From Phoronis australis (lineage: Eukaryota > Animalia > Phoronida), in NCBI GenBank assembly GCA_002633005.1, contig NMRA01000651.1, positions 102,956 through 166,955 on the forward strand: 64,000 nt of DNA. Direction: 5' to 3'. Shown piece after piece: positions 13,855 through 27,463 of this stretch. The notes below the pieces were generated by a model that saw only the letters and a program-made list of their open reading frames with translations, had not been told where the DNA came from and did no database searches. Each line of letters opens with the position of its first letter. Within the stretch, counting starts at the first letter, position 1. The position numbers and the translations under genes were made by a program.

Positions 13855-14681
13855 CATAGGCGGATTTAGGGGGGAGCCCAGGGCACCCGCCCCCCCCCCC
13901 CCCTTGGCTGCAGCAAAAAATAAAACAGCAAGAGTGTAGGGAAATTTTGACTTTATTAATTGCACCGGTAATTAAAATTATACGGATGAAACAAGATTTA
14001 AATGTGTGCAGCTTTAGTGTTTGGGAGGAGGGGCTTAGATCCAATTGCAAGTGTCGAATTCGGAACACGGCACATTCGTAACGGAACTATGGCTAAGTAT
14101 AGACTCTCCCGCGATATCCCAGACGACCAGCAGTGGCGCTGCGCACTACGACTCTGTTTCCGTCGTATGCTCCAAAGCAATCCTGTCATTGCCAACACGA
14201 AAAATGGATTTGGTCTTTTGGGCATTTGAAGACTATTTTAAATACAACAAATTTGTTAAGAACCGATTGCACAAAATAGTAAACGTGTAATAAGCATTAC
14301 AAAAAGAAGTAGGTTTCGCACGCAAACACTGTGGACCATAAACAAGTAGGTCTCTTAGTATAAGATTAATAGTGAAATCGTGGTGGTGTAGTGGTAAAGC
14401 ACGCGGGCTCTATCCTCCAGGTTGTGAGTTCGAGTCTGTGTTACTCGCAGTTTTTCCTGTGTGATACGTTCTCCGTGTTTTTCTTGCCTTTTTTTCTTGG
14501 ATAATTCTTCAGAAATCAAGGAAAATGCTCGATTTTTAAAGGAAAAAACAGAAAAATTTCCTGGGGGGAGGGGGGTTTGCCCCATTCGGTGCTATGCGCA
14601 TCTACAATCATGGTTTGCGCAAATGCTTATAGCGGGACAAAATGTTGGGCCCCCCCTTGTGATATCCTAGAACCGCCACTT
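13855..14681. mobile_element. TIR MITE (hAT-like, G/C-run subterminal)
   Basis: CATAGGCGGATTTAGG ... CCTAGAACCGCCACTT flanked by AATAA on both sides. Confidence 0.6.
14378..14447 (+). pseudogene. tRNA-like Pol III head inside a DNA element
   Basis: TGGTGTAGTGGTAAAGCAC ... GAGTTCGAGTC; same A box as 7641. Confidence 0.45.
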
Positions 14682-15359
14682 AATAAGCGAAGAACTCTCA
14701 CCCCGTCATGGTGGTTTCTTAGTAGGTCTCTATGAAGCACACAACCGCAGCACATAGATTACGCCTACGCGGCGACGAACGGGTGTGCATAAAATACCAA
14801 GGTCGCCCCTTTGCTTAACTCAAATATCAGAAAATTATTCAGAATTGACATAGTTTCTTTGAATTCTCTCACTGCCGAATATTGAGCACTCAATCTAGTA
14901 GGCATTGACTGTAAACGCAGACTGCGGACGAATGCTCCTGAATAGTAATTTGGCTTGGAGAAAGAAGCGTGTTAGTCAGATCGACTGAAGCCACAACTTG
15001 GTGAGACAAAGATAAAAATCACGCCAAGGTTTTTCGGCCGCAGAACCGGGAACTGGCATGGGTGGGTGTCCTCGCAGCCGCTCTCCAGTTGCTTTTGTCC
15101 GACGGAGTCGAATGTCAACATATCGGGTTGGAAATAGGCGTTTTATTATATAGATTGCTGTCCACACCCGTAACATTATTCATGCACCAAGTATTGATGT
15201 TGCTTGGGACAAATTTAGTTGATTTCAATCATGTTGCAAATGTTTATCGTCCATGTTTATACCTTTTAAAGTTATCTCAAACCTTATTTAGTGACCTTCA
15301 TTCTAACTCATATATCAAAAAACCATGCTATGTCAACTGAATTTACAGTGCGTAATTAA

Positions 15360-16016
15360 AGGAGAATGCCACCCGATATAATTAGTCTTTTTTACCGTCT
15401 TAATCAGTCTATATCCACATCACCTCTTGTACGGTCGACCTCGCCTTGCCGAGAGGTGTCGCGTTAACCTGTGAGGAAGGTGAGAAACGCCTCAGTGACG
15501 TCAGTGGTTCGTCTGCAGAGTGAATGTCGCTATATTGCAGTGCATCGTTCCCGCTTGTCCGAACTATGAAGCTGCGAAGAAAGCGGGTGTATCGTTTTTC
15601 TGACTTCTTCGAGAGCCCGGAATGCTTAGGAAGTGGCTCGCAATAGTGAAGAATGAAACGTACTACGCTATTAATAGCAAGTATGAGGCTGTGAAACATC
15701 TCCGTGTCTGTGGCCGGCATTTCGTCGACGGAGATTTCTCTGACGAATTCCGGCTTAGCAATGAACTATTCATACTTTCCGTTGCCTGTGCATGTTCATG
15801 GCGCCTCTCTAGTATTTCTTGATCAGTGTATTCCTGTTCGAACTGATAGCCTGTGAAACCTAACGATCCGACTCGTGAAGTCTTCGTCGGATGAGCTCTT
15901 GACTAAGTCGGGATTGGCGCCGGGCGAGTTGCCATGTAGACGTTTATTATTCTGCGTTCTGTTTCAAAATGAATTATTCTCATCCTAACCAATGCTTGTA
16001 TAAAACTGAAACAAAG
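15360..16016 (+). mobile_element. Kolobok-like element fragment with THAP pseudogene and opposite-strand KolX-like N-terminus
   Basis: TTAA|AGGAGAATGCCACCC terminus; 15541-15723 reads CIVPACPN...VSFF*LLREPGMLRKWLAIVK...LRVCGRHF (C2CH THAP); - strand GYQFEQEYTDQEILE. Confidence 0.75.
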
Positions 16017-16029
16017 GCATGACTTAAGA

Positions 16030-16372
16030 TTTCCAGTCATTGGGGATTCTGAAAATGGATTTGAGGTCATACTCAGAATGGTGGTTGAGTGTACTTGGAG
16101 TCACATGATGAAATGTCCCACTTTGAATATCATTTTACTACTCTCAGGCGCCCCCTAGTGACAAATTGTCATTGCATCAGCTTTAACGTCTACCACTTTT
16201 TTGGTTGTCGTGAAATTTGACCTTCATGTTTGTAATGAGAGCACAGCTACTGCTAATTTTTGAATGTATCTGATTACCATGGAAATATTTGAAACCTGAG
16301 AAGCCATTATATTTTTGCCACTTGCAGTACACAGTGTGGGTGCATATCAATGCCTGCCCTGTGTTACTCTTG
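16030..16372 (+). mobile_element. HINE-like 3' fragment, degenerate
   Basis: GCGCCCCCTAGTGAC repeat unit and 3' end GTGGGTGCATATCAATG...CTCTTGT. Confidence 0.5.
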
Positions 16373-17802
16373 TGATAAAATGCAACTATTATGGAGATAA
16401 TGAGAAGTCACAAATTGTGTGGAAATATCTAATGTTTTTTTAGTTATTGTAACATTTAAAATGAGAGTGGCCTCTTCAGTGTTAGCACTGCTATCCAAGA
16501 GGGCCCTCACCAACAGAATATAGTACAGTAACGATATAATACAATAAAGTTGTGTAACATTAATTAAGTACAGGTAACAAAGCAACAATTAAACTCAGTT
16601 TGAGAATTTAAATAAATGACAAAGGATGATGAAATTAGACTAAGACATGAAATTGAATAAACAGGTGACACTAAATAGTGAGAATATTTACAATAATGAA
16701 AAATGACATACATTAAAAGAAGCACAGGTGTAAGAATGGGTAATTAAATTAAGTCACTTTTTAGTATCAAATGTGAAAGCATTAATTGAATCGGAACGTT
16801 TAATTTCTGGACTAAGAGAGCTCCATATTGTAGCAGCAGCATAAAGAAAAGATCTCTTGCCAGTCTCGGTTTTAATTTTTTGAAATGAAACATTATCAAC
16901 AATGGAAGAACGTGTAAAGTATACATGTTGACTGCTACTGAATGTGTGGCTGAGATATGTTGTTAGCCAAGCCATTGACACATCTGTACATGCAACAGGC
17001 AGGCAGATATTTATTTCTTTGTTTTACTTTCATAAATCCAAGAATGGGGTGCAAGTCGTCGACCCGGGTATCCCAAATTCCAGTACTCTGGATGGTTCTG
17101 GCAGCTCTATTTTGGATTACCTGGACTTTGCTTACAAGCGTGTTTCTGGTATGTCCCCAAACTGACAAACAATAATATGAGACTAAATAATACTGTCTTA
17201 AGTGTGCTGACATTAAGAAATTTACCGAGATGTTTCATTATGCCCATTTTCTTTGACGATTTCTTTGTGATAGAATTGATCTATGTGCATATTAAATTTA
17301 AGGTTAGGATCTAAAATAAGGCCCGAGTACTTGTCGACACTCTCGATAGGGAAACCATTGATAGAAAGTCTAAAGACAATTTCAATTATTTGAATTTCTT
17401 GTGGGTTCCCAACAGCATTGACTTGGTCTTACTAACCATAAGAGTGAGTTTATTTTGCGCCAGCCAGTGTGTGGATAAGTTCATCATTGAGAGGATTTTC
17501 TAATTCTTTTACTGATCCAGCTGTGGACTTAACTGCAGTGTCATCAGCATATAAGACTGGGACACTGTTGTGGAGGATGGTAGGGAGATCGTTAACAAAA
17601 GTAACGAATAATAGAGGGCCCAAATTTAACCCTAAGGTATGCCGTTATAACAGTTAAGTAGTTGGAAAGAATACCTCCGTATTTGGTTGCCTGTTAGCAG
17701 TCGTATCAATAGTTTTTAAACTAAAGGAGATTGTTATCGTTAACTAAGGACTCTAGTTTTCTTAAAAAGATGCATGGTCCACAGTGTCAAAGGTTTTCTT
17801 AA

Positions 17803-20769
17803 AGGCGTGCTATAGTGCCAAAATGACTTTTTTATAATTAAAGTACACGTAATAATTTAAAACATCAACTTACCATGTCATAGCAAACCCCAGTCGTGAA
17901 TTAAGTAGCCCTATTACTATTCAGCAGCCCCATCACGAACCCCATTTAGCGCCAAAAAAATTGAGATGGCACTCGCAACAATCGAAACCTATGACATCAG
18001 CGACACAACGAATTTGCTTTTCACCTTGTCTCCATTGTAACACAAAACGTCGCAAGTACGCACTACAGATTTTGTAGCCAACCACTTGGCTGTATGAAGA
18101 CTATTGTCAAAATACAGCCAGCTACCTCTGTGTGTTGAGCTCCGTTAGATCCCAAAATTTCACAGCCCCGGTAGTTCTGCTCGTCACCTTGTGAAACTTA
18201 TATCAACATGTAGAGCTAACGACCGATGGGAGTGCATGCAAATTCTGGCCGAGTTAACCTACATTCACCTTGCCCGTTGCAGCCATTTATGTGAAAAGCA
18301 ATCTAATAAACATCATTTTCTTGCATAATGCTCCGCCTTTTGCAACAAAGAGAAGGCTGTCGTCGTTTTGAAAACAGTACGCTCGTGATACAAGCACGCG
18401 CCATTTCCTAAAATCTTGTGACATTTGTGAAATTCAGTTTGCTGGTATTAAAATACTAAAAACTTGTAAAAAAATGAAACCAGATACGATAATTTGTTGT
18501 GAAATGTACGCAACCTCGTGGTAGAGTAGAACAGTTGATTGAAGAATTGGGGAAAAAGAAGCTGGCCAATAGGTGACGCAATACTTCACAGTGCCGAAAG
18601 CCAACACAAAAGATAGAACCACAATTTAGCAAAATATCAGTAGAATGCCAATTTTTCCAACACCGGTAAATAATTTACCATACTCGTCCGGGTTACTGCC
18701 CAGGGCGCTTAAATGGGGAATCTAAAAAAACGGGGTGGCGGTAATCCAAGCATGGGCGGTTAAAATCGAAATATTTGAAAATTCGGGAGTCGGTGCTTAC
18801 TGCACAAAGGACCAATTTTACCCTTACGGAGGTACAATGACGTCGGACTTCAAGCATGTCAGTTAAAATATACGTCAGCGGACTGAAGTAACAGACTTCG
18901 ATGGCCTGAAGTGGAATAGCGCACGCGATACAGTGGCATTGTGATCCCGAGCGTGATTGGGTTTTTACGTACCTCGGTCGCTGCTCGTCATGTCTTGGAA
19001 CTCGGGTATTCTTACAGATAGATGTGCCTTTAGTGGGCACGTTTCTTGGGAGAAAAGCAAGATCACGCAAGACTACGCTAGATCGTCATGTATTGCAACA
19101 GGAAGCAGGTGATTTTGTACAGATATGCTGCCTCTAGTTACTGTGGCAACCAAACAGTGCTAATGATTGACAGCTGGTCTTTCTTCTAAATATTTTGAAC
19201 CTAGTTTGAACAATGTAACATTTTATATACATTGTATATTTCTTTCTGTGTTGAACAGCCAACACCTCCCAGAATTTGTTCAAAGCACATACTCAACAAT
19301 GGGATGATACTACTATTAGGCAATAAGGGTGGTCTTTCAGCTGCGCAAATAATGAAGCAAAAAAACATCTCGTGTAAAAAAGCAAAAACACATGTAAAAA
19401 GTCAACAGGCAAATAAAGAGTTCAAAAAAGTTTTTTACCACATAGATATGGATAGAATGTTCGACTTGCGTTTAATTACAAGTTGATTTTTAGAGCTGTT
19501 GCTTTTAGTTGGGCGCTTCCATTTTGGTGTCAGGAGCGAGTCATTAAAAACATGCGTTTAACGAAGACACGGAACAATGGTCCGTATCTGCTTGTATTCA
19601 AAACAATGCGTCCAAAATAGTGTTGGTGGAGTTTCCAAAATCGTTGGTCATGTACCCCCGAGTGTGGCCGTGTTTTTTAATCGTTGGTCATGTACCCCCG
19701 AGTGTGGCCGTGTTTTTTTTATTTCATTGCTCAGGGTGGTGATGTTTCATATACTGTCACGGGGAATCCAGAAAGGTAGGCCACGAACTTTGTGTCAAGT
19801 ACCACTTTGTTGGTTCTTCCACCGCAATGAAATACATTCGACAAGTGCTGTCTCAGTGATCAGTACATGCTGACACGAGTTCCACGCGTGAGCCATAGGA
19901 AATAATTGTGTCTCCTTCAGTTAAGAGCATGAGATTACGTGTATTTTACAGCCATAGTACGCTTAGTTCCCGGTTCTGCTCAAATTGATTGTCATTGAAA
20001 GGTAAGCGAGTTGCACAAGTTTTGGAATCTTAGTTTTGCGAGACGAACGTTCACAAAAGCACACACACTTTTAAGGAGGTCGCAATCATAAAAAAATGGG
20101 GGTGGGTGGTAAGCCGAGCATAGGCGCTTAAAATTAAAAAAAATGAAAATTTTGGGGTGGGCGTTAAGCTGAGCGTGGGCGGTAACCCGTACAGTTACTG
20201 TAGTTTACTCAAGGAAGATTGTAGTTTTTAATGACACTAATTTTGTGTCGGGTTCTATTTTGTTTCAGACTTTTTACTCACATCAGTGCAAAGCCATATA
20301 TTTAGCATACAGTTTTGCACCATAGGCTAGAACAGATCTTGCTGCTCTTAGAATTGTGTCGCTAGTCCTTCCTTGTTGTGGATACATATCTATTCCATGC
20401 ACGTCACATGACGGGATCCTCGGGGAAATTGTACTAATGTATGCCATTGCCACTTACATTGCTGCACCCATAGACCATGCAACGCAGCATTTTAGTCCAT
20501 AGACTGATAATAGCCTTCGTCCAAGAAACATTCAGCTTTTGCACAACGAGGTTTTGGGGAAATTTCGTTGACTGGATGGTGTTATGTGTAGCACTTTATG
20601 CTGATTGGTTCAGAATATTTCTGGGGTGCTCGAAGGAGCTAGGAATAATGAGTAATTTACGTGGTGACTAATTACTTTTCGTGTTATGTAAGAAACAAAA
20701 ACAATATTTTATTCAAATATACTTGTACTTCTGGTGCCAAAAGGGTGTTTTTGTTGCTGGAGGTTATCT
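17803..20769. mobile_element. TTAA-specific (Kolobok-like) non-autonomous element
   Basis: Exact TTAA duplication (17799-17802, 20770-20773) splitting the LINE DL-KK-TFD motif; AG...CT termini with weak TIRs. Confidence 0.75.
18678..20200 (+). mobile_element. Tc2/pogo-like MITE nested in a TTAA element
   Basis: TA|CCATACTCGTCCGGGTTACTGCCC ... GGGCGGTAACCCGTACAGTTACTG|TA; empty site visible in the paralogous host copy near 26166-26195. Confidence 0.8.
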
Positions 20770-21915
20770 TTAAGGTCAACAAAAGCAGCACTGGTAAGCC
20801 TCCCCTGATCCATATTGTTAAAGATACAGTGAGTAGCGTGAATGTTTGTAGTCAGGGTAAAATGCAGAGGGCGGAAACCAGGCTGTGCTGTAGATAGAAG
20901 GAAATTTACCTCCAGGTTCTGGTGAAGCTGCTTTTGGACACAACTTTAAAGAATTTTGGACACTGCAGGGAGGACCAATATTGGTCTATTATTCTTGCAA
21001 CCGGACTTGTCACTGTCTTTAAAATCAGGAGTAGTGACCGACCGCCATCTTCCATTCATTAGGAACTGTGGTAATTTTTAAACTCAAATTTATGGTACTG
21101 GTGTGGGGCTCAGCTGTTTGCAGAGATACCAGTTTTAGAAATTTGGCATCAATGCTATCGATGCCACTGTCACTATTGGAGATTAGAGTTTCTATTTGTT
21201 CGCTGACATAGTCAACTTGAATATCCTGAAACTTAAATGATATTCCCTCCTGTACTTGGGCGGGAGCTCAATAGTTAACATACTAATTTTTTCTGTGAGT
21301 TTTTGGCCAATGCCAGTAAAAAGTCATTAAGTGCATTTGCTGTTTTATTTTTGTCCGAAACAATGTCACCACCAACTGGTAATTCATTGGTGACAGACCT
21401 GCGCTTGTTGGGTAAAATTGTTGTTATCGTTAGATTTGTTTTCATTAATTACGTGGTCGTAATAGTCGGCTTGGTCATGAATTCTTGTGAAGTTAATTAA
21501 GTGCAAGTTTAATCAATTTTTGTTATATAACCATTCCTGGACATCCTCATGTTTTGCTTACTATGTCTCTGACCAGTATCTAGTCATATTGAAACCCTAT
21601 GTGGCAGACAGCTGTCCAGTCTAGTTAATGTTTATGATTTGGATGAGTTCGCTGGATCTTTTAATTTTGTTGTTGTTTTGAACTCACTACCCACACATAT
21701 TTCTATTCACTACATTAATTGTAGTTAGAGTTAATAAACTTTGTGTTTCAGTAGAAACTCGACCACTGTTAATTTTTATGCTGCTCTCCATCAACTTGCT
21801 GCTGCTACCTTGTAAGCCAACTGTCTATTTACCGTACAACCAAGAACCAAGTAACCAACTATGCTATTTCGAATTATCCCACAGCCTCAGCCGGTTTAAG
21901 AGCTTTGTTACTGTA

Positions 21916-22158
21916 CATTATTTCTCTGTGGCTTTCTTAAAGATACTCCAGTCAGATGAGTTTCAAGTACGCTGAGATATTTGCTTCAGATAGTCTCATT
22001 ATTTCTCTGTGGCTTTCTTAAAGATACTCCAGTCAGATGAGTTTCAAGTACGCTGAGATATTTGCTTCAGATAGTCTCATTATTTCTCTGTGGCTTTCTT
22101 AAAGATACTCCAGTCAGATGAGTTTCGAGTACGCTGAGATATTTGCTTCAGATAGTCT
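21916..22158. repeat. 81-bp tandem repeat x3
   Basis: Units start at 21916, 21997 and 22078 and are nearly identical. Confidence 0.9.
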
Positions 22159-22319
22159 CTCTTGCGAGAGAGAGATATGAAATTATTGTTATTCTTCTTG
22201 GGTGATTTGGCGTTTAATTTCAATTAGACTAGGGGACATGGCTATTAACAACACCGATGAAGCTTTGCTCGAAAATAGACCAAGCAACATCGTGGTCAGC
22301 AGCCGTGGTAACGGCACCC

Positions 22320-23312
22320 CGCATATAGGTTTCTATTACAAAGATGATGACACCTTTACATTTTCGGATGTTTTTGATGATTCAGCGCCATCAAGTGGCT
22401 GTTTTTTAAAACATTCGAGTTCTTTTTTTTTGGCGTCTACCTTTCTGTCTGCCAAACCACTTGAAGTATCTGTATGAAAATTGGCAGGTGTGCTTCTGAT
22501 GAGACGGCAGTTGATGTTGATTTTGGGGTGTGCTGACTACTTTAACTTCCCTAGTGGTGTTTTTCCATTTACAGCTCTGTGTCCTTAACCTATTTTGGGA
22601 TCTTTGTGAAATTTGGCAGACATGTTCCTATGGATCTCACAGCTACTTTTGACATGTTTCTGGCACATTCGACTACCATTATGCTCCCTAGTGGCAGTTT
22701 TAATTGTTTGCGTTTGCCTCTGTATTTTTGGAGTTCATCGATTTATTTTCGTGAAATTTGGCAAATAGGTTTCTATGAAGGAGATGACGATAGTCTTCAT
22801 TTTTGTATGGATTTGATTTATTTATACATCACCTAGTGACTATTTTTATTTTTCCAGTGCCTTTTTGTTCCAGATAAAAGACGTTGATTTGTTGATGGGT
22901 TTGCCTACTGAGGTGCTTCCTGGTGACGATTTTTGTCTTTTGATTCCTCAGCTGTATCTTCATACTCCTTTGAAGGATGTTTGTGAAATTTTGAAAGAAT
23001 AAGTTTTATATTATAAACCTGACTACGGCTACCTAACACTGTTGGATGGTTCTGACTACCGCTGTACTCCCTAGTGGCAATTTTAGTTGTTACGTTTGCA
23101 AAATATGTATCTCCAGAGTCCTTTGACAGTTTTTATTGAAATGTAGTAAACAAGTTTCTGTTATGATGGTAATAGCGTCTATCCATTTTGGGATGATTTG
23201 ACATATTCTGCGCCACCTAGTGTCCATTTTTTGACTCTTAGAAACATCCCTAGAAGCACACTAATTGTGGTGATGAGGTAGGCGCACTTGGATGCTCTGC
23301 GTTGCTCTTGTT
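22320..23312 (+). mobile_element. HINE-like 3' fragment
   Basis: Internal repeats with CCTAGTGG; 3' end GGCGCACTTGGATGCTCTGCGTTGCTCTTGTT; start approximate. Confidence 0.7.
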
Positions 23313-24466
23313 TAATTTCATGTCTAGTAGATGAAAGATGTGACCTGTAGCTTTCTTACAAACAAATAGAAAAATGAATCAAAGCTTTCTTACAAACAAA
23401 TAGAAAAATGAATCAAAGCTTTCTAAAGAGTGACCCTTAGAGAAATCAACTAAAGAAATTGTGATGAGGACAAAGCTAATGCCACCAACAGTGATGGCGG
23501 TGATGATTGTGAAGATTATGACAATGCAGGAACTGACAAATATAATCAAAGAGCATTATCTCAACTTTAAAATGTGCAATAAAACATGGAAGAATGATAA
23601 CACAAACATATTTCCACATGAACAACATTGATTTTCATTTCAAATGATGATAAATATTGGTCCTGCTGTGGATTAACAGAGATTTTAGGGATAGCAATCA
23701 GTGTAGCCTAACCACTTTATCATGGTCATCTGGTTTTGCTATTCAATGTTATTGTTATTTTAATTACAGTTTCGCAATCAGAGTTCCTTATAAAAATGTA
23801 TATTTAAGCCGACAGTAAAAGGAAACTCAAAAAGCACGCGCTATATTCACCTTTAAATAAAAATATGAAATTTTGATTGGCAAGTCTACATCAGCCTTTG
23901 CGACAAACATCCACAGAGGTCAATTACCTAGTAAGGTCAGAATCTCAACCATGTTCTTGCAACTGAACAGTAAGGCAAAGTGAAAAATGATTGACACACT
24001 TGGATCTGATCATAACAAAAATATAGTTGGAGCTTGAATACAAAATGGCCTTTACTTCCATCATCTCGGATTTGAATATTACAAAAAACAAGAGGTCTCT
24101 GGCTATTGGGGAGGAAATTTCATGTCAATAAAACAAATGTGGCCGTAGTGTGAGTACAGTAAGAAAGTTATCTAAAAGGAAGCGTACTTGGCAAATTTCA
24201 TTTCACTAAAACTTCACGACAAAGCAACACAGTTGGAGATAAGAATTCTGTCCGCCATCTGCTGCCTTAATGCTCTTTCAGGCGCCAGCATTCAGAGTTC
24301 TTAACACAACTTCCGTTTCAGTTGGCAAGTGGTCATTGATTTATAGACAATTTGTGGTTATGGAAGAAGTAAACTTACAATTAGAAGTAACAAAAACTGC
24401 ATTAAAAACAAATCAAGTTGACAGGGCAGTGTGGCTGCAGGATTCTTTCCCAGGGCAGTACACATA

Positions 24467-25496
24467 TTTTTATGCGCCCACATATTTATATGTGGACGCA
24501 TTATGCCGTCATCTCCGTCCGTCCGGGCGGCGTCCGTCCGGCGTCCGCTGCTTTATCTCCAAAACCTTTTGACATACGTTCATGAAATTTGGCACATATT
24601 GCTATTCATGAATGGGACTGCATGTGCTAACTTTCGGACAGATCCGACTACCGGTGTGCCCCCTAGTGGCAATTTTAGTTTTTTACGCTTACCTTTGTAT
24701 CTTCAAAATTCCTGAACGGATTTTCATGAAATTTGGTATGTAGGCACCTATTAGTGAGATGACGCTATCCTAACGTTTTCAGATGGATTCGACATAGTTT
24801 GCGCCACCTAGTGGCCATTTTTAGTGTTTTCAAGTCGTTTTTTGTGCGTCCACCCCTCTATCAACCAAACCGCTCAAAGGATGATTATGAAAATTGGCAT
24901 GTATATGCTTACTATGTAGAGGACGGTTGACGATGATTTTCCAACGATTTCGACTACTGTGGCGCCTCCTAGTGGCAGTTTTGTTTTTTTGCGCCTATGG
25001 CTGTATCTCCTAAACCGTTCGCAGGATCTTTATGAAATTTAATAAGTGTATTTACATGATGTTAACAACAGACGATGACGACTTTTGGACGGATCCTCCC
25101 ACCAGTGTGCTCCCTAGTGGCAATTTTATTTTTTTACGTTTACCTCTGTATCTTCACAAGTGCTTAACGGATTTTCATGAAATTTGGTATGTAGGCACCT
25201 ATTAGTGCTATGGCGCTATCCTCCCGTTTTCGGATGGATTCGACCTAGTTTGCGACACCCAGTGGCCATTTTTACTGTTTTTGAATCTGTTTTTTGGCGT
25301 CCACCCCTCTATCAACCAAACATTTTGCCCCTAGCCTATTGATGAGACAATGATCATGCCTTTCCATTTTGCAAAGTGCAACATACTACATATATGCCCT
25401 CTACTGGCCACTTTATGGTACCAATAAACAACCCTAGAAGGATACCGTATACGGTGCAATTGTGGGCGCATTTCAACGCTCTGCGTTGCTCTTGTT
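24467..25496 (+). mobile_element. HINE/DINE-like element, complete, highly similar to the 11165 copy
   Basis: Same termini, hairpins and internal repeats. Confidence 0.85.
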
Positions 25497-25599
25497 TCTT
25501 TCCAGAACATTTGACTCTGCATAATGTACGGGAATCAGTATTCTGTATAGTGAAAAATAAGGAAGCAATACATAATGTATTTAGAAAAGTCACATCATA

Positions 25600-26222
25600 A
25601 ATGTACATACTGAGGTAGATTGCCAGCTTACTGTATCATCAGACTATTGTCAACATACAGCTAGGTAGCCATGTGTTGACCTGCGTTAGACACCGAAATT
25701 TCACACAACCCGGGTAACTTATATCAAAATGAAAAGCTAACGATCGGCGGGGGTGCATGTAGAATCTGGGAATCAACTGGCACTCACCTGGCCCATTACA
25801 GCCGTTTAAGGGAAAAAAAACAATCTAATAAACATCACTTTTGCGTAATTTTGCACCTTTTGTAACAAAGAAAAGTGTGTCATCGTTTTGAAAACAGTGC
25901 TTACTCGTGACATGCGCACGCACACCATTTCCTAAAATTATGCGATATCTCTCGGGAGCAGCAAAAATTGTTCTGAAATTTAGTTTGCTGGTATTAGAAT
26001 GCTAAAAACTTGTAACAAAATGAAAACAGTTCTGATAATTTGTTTTAACATGTATGCAACTTCGCTGATTGAAGAACATGGAAATTGGCCCAATAGATGT
26101 CGTAATGGCACCCAAAAAGCGCATCGCAATTTTAGCTGCATTATAACTGAAGAACGCCAACATCTGGGTAAATAATTTTGTTTATTCAAGGAAGAGTAAA
26201 AATTTTTTAATGAGGCATCATT
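25600..26222 (+). mobile_element. Fragment of the same family as the 17803 element
   Basis: Collinear similarity with 18080-18670 and 20203-20240 (ORF track: both copies end LQVFSILIPAN). Confidence 0.7.
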
Positions 26223-27463
26223 AATTTTGGCGGGGACAGGCCCGATGAATTATATACGCAACAGAAGCCGGAGAGAGTGAAATTAAACCAACGGAGTGAC
26301 CCAGGCCTTTGAGCCGACTGATGTCACCAAAGCCAGTATGAAACTGGCCACCTTCCCTCTGCGTCGGCGAAAAAACGGCCTGCGAGAAAAAAACAGAACA
26401 CCTCAAATCCAAATAGGGGGCTGGTGCAATAACTGGGACCAAGGCGGTGCCGAAATGGAAGCAACGAAGGTCTGTAGTGGAGCGGGAGAGACAGAGTTTG
26501 TACAAATGATGCATTTTATATATTAGATACTATGTAACAGCGCCAGCTATGACCATTGATTCTACTAATAGAAGGATTGTTTAATGGACTGAACTCCCAT
26601 AAACGGGTGGTGTTTCTGCAACAAAGCCTTATGAAAGGATGACTTGTCATGGAAACTACATGTAAATTACTGTCCTTTTTGGAGTTCACTCTCTAAGATT
26701 GAGTGCAAGTGAGAAGCTGCAAGATGAGCTGTTGTCCTCTGATAGCTTGATACAGCGAGATGAGCTGTTGTCCTCTGATAGCTTGATACAGTGAGCAAAA
26801 TTCTCACTGACCTGTTACTCATGTTTGTAAACAGTGTAAATATAGTTTACACTGTTGTAATGGGTCAACGAGAGAGATTAATTGTTGTCGGAATAATTAA
26901 TTTTCATAGGTTACCAAGGTAATTGCCTAAGTTAGCTAACCTGGCCCACATGCTTTGAGGATTTACGCTAACCAGGTAAATAAACTCCAATAAGTGAGAC
27001 ATTTGCCTCCCTGCCTCGCGAGACAAAATCCACACAATCCAATTTGCCACAGTCATGAGCCATGAGCTCAGCTAACTTATATTTGAAGCATGTATCTCAT
27101 CTACTTTCACCCAACTAGATAGTTCTCCTAATAAATTCATCTGCCCTCCTCCCACCATCAAAATGTCCAATTCCCCGTTAGGCATGTGAACAGTGTTTTA
27201 CTGCCTTTTATGTTGGTGAGAAATCTTATGGAGGCTAGTGTAGCAGTATATTTTTCTGGTGTGACAGTTAATTCCAGTCTAGTTTTGTATAGGCATTGCA
27301 TTAACTCAGGGCTGCAATCCTTTAGATCTTTCGATTATAGGTTGTTTGGACACTCAATGGTCCAAACCTCATTATCTCTGCCCATTAGGCTGAAGTTCTT
27401 TAAATCCCAGGTGTGTCATTTAGCTGTAGTAGTCTTTATGGCCAAGATTGTGCATCAACTTAA

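Larger units (their letters stand above)
16435..21790 (-). mobile_element. Decayed CR1/L2-group LINE (ORF2 reverse transcriptase pseudogene), interrupted by nested DNA elements
   Basis: Minus-strand motifs NRPILVLPAVSKIL, QPGFRPLH, AFVDL|KKTFDTVDH, LYADDTA (~17540-17551), VIQNRAAR, GKRSFLYAAATIW; 3' stem-loop and A-rich tail near 16435-16510; many stops; 5' boundary approximate. Confidence 0.85.

Noticed and set aside
15601-15603. Conserved TGA as selenocysteine or readthrough in THAP
   Set aside because: The position is not a zinc-ligand Cys (typical F-R/K-F/L-P site), no SECIS recognised; CGA>TGA decay is the simpler explanation
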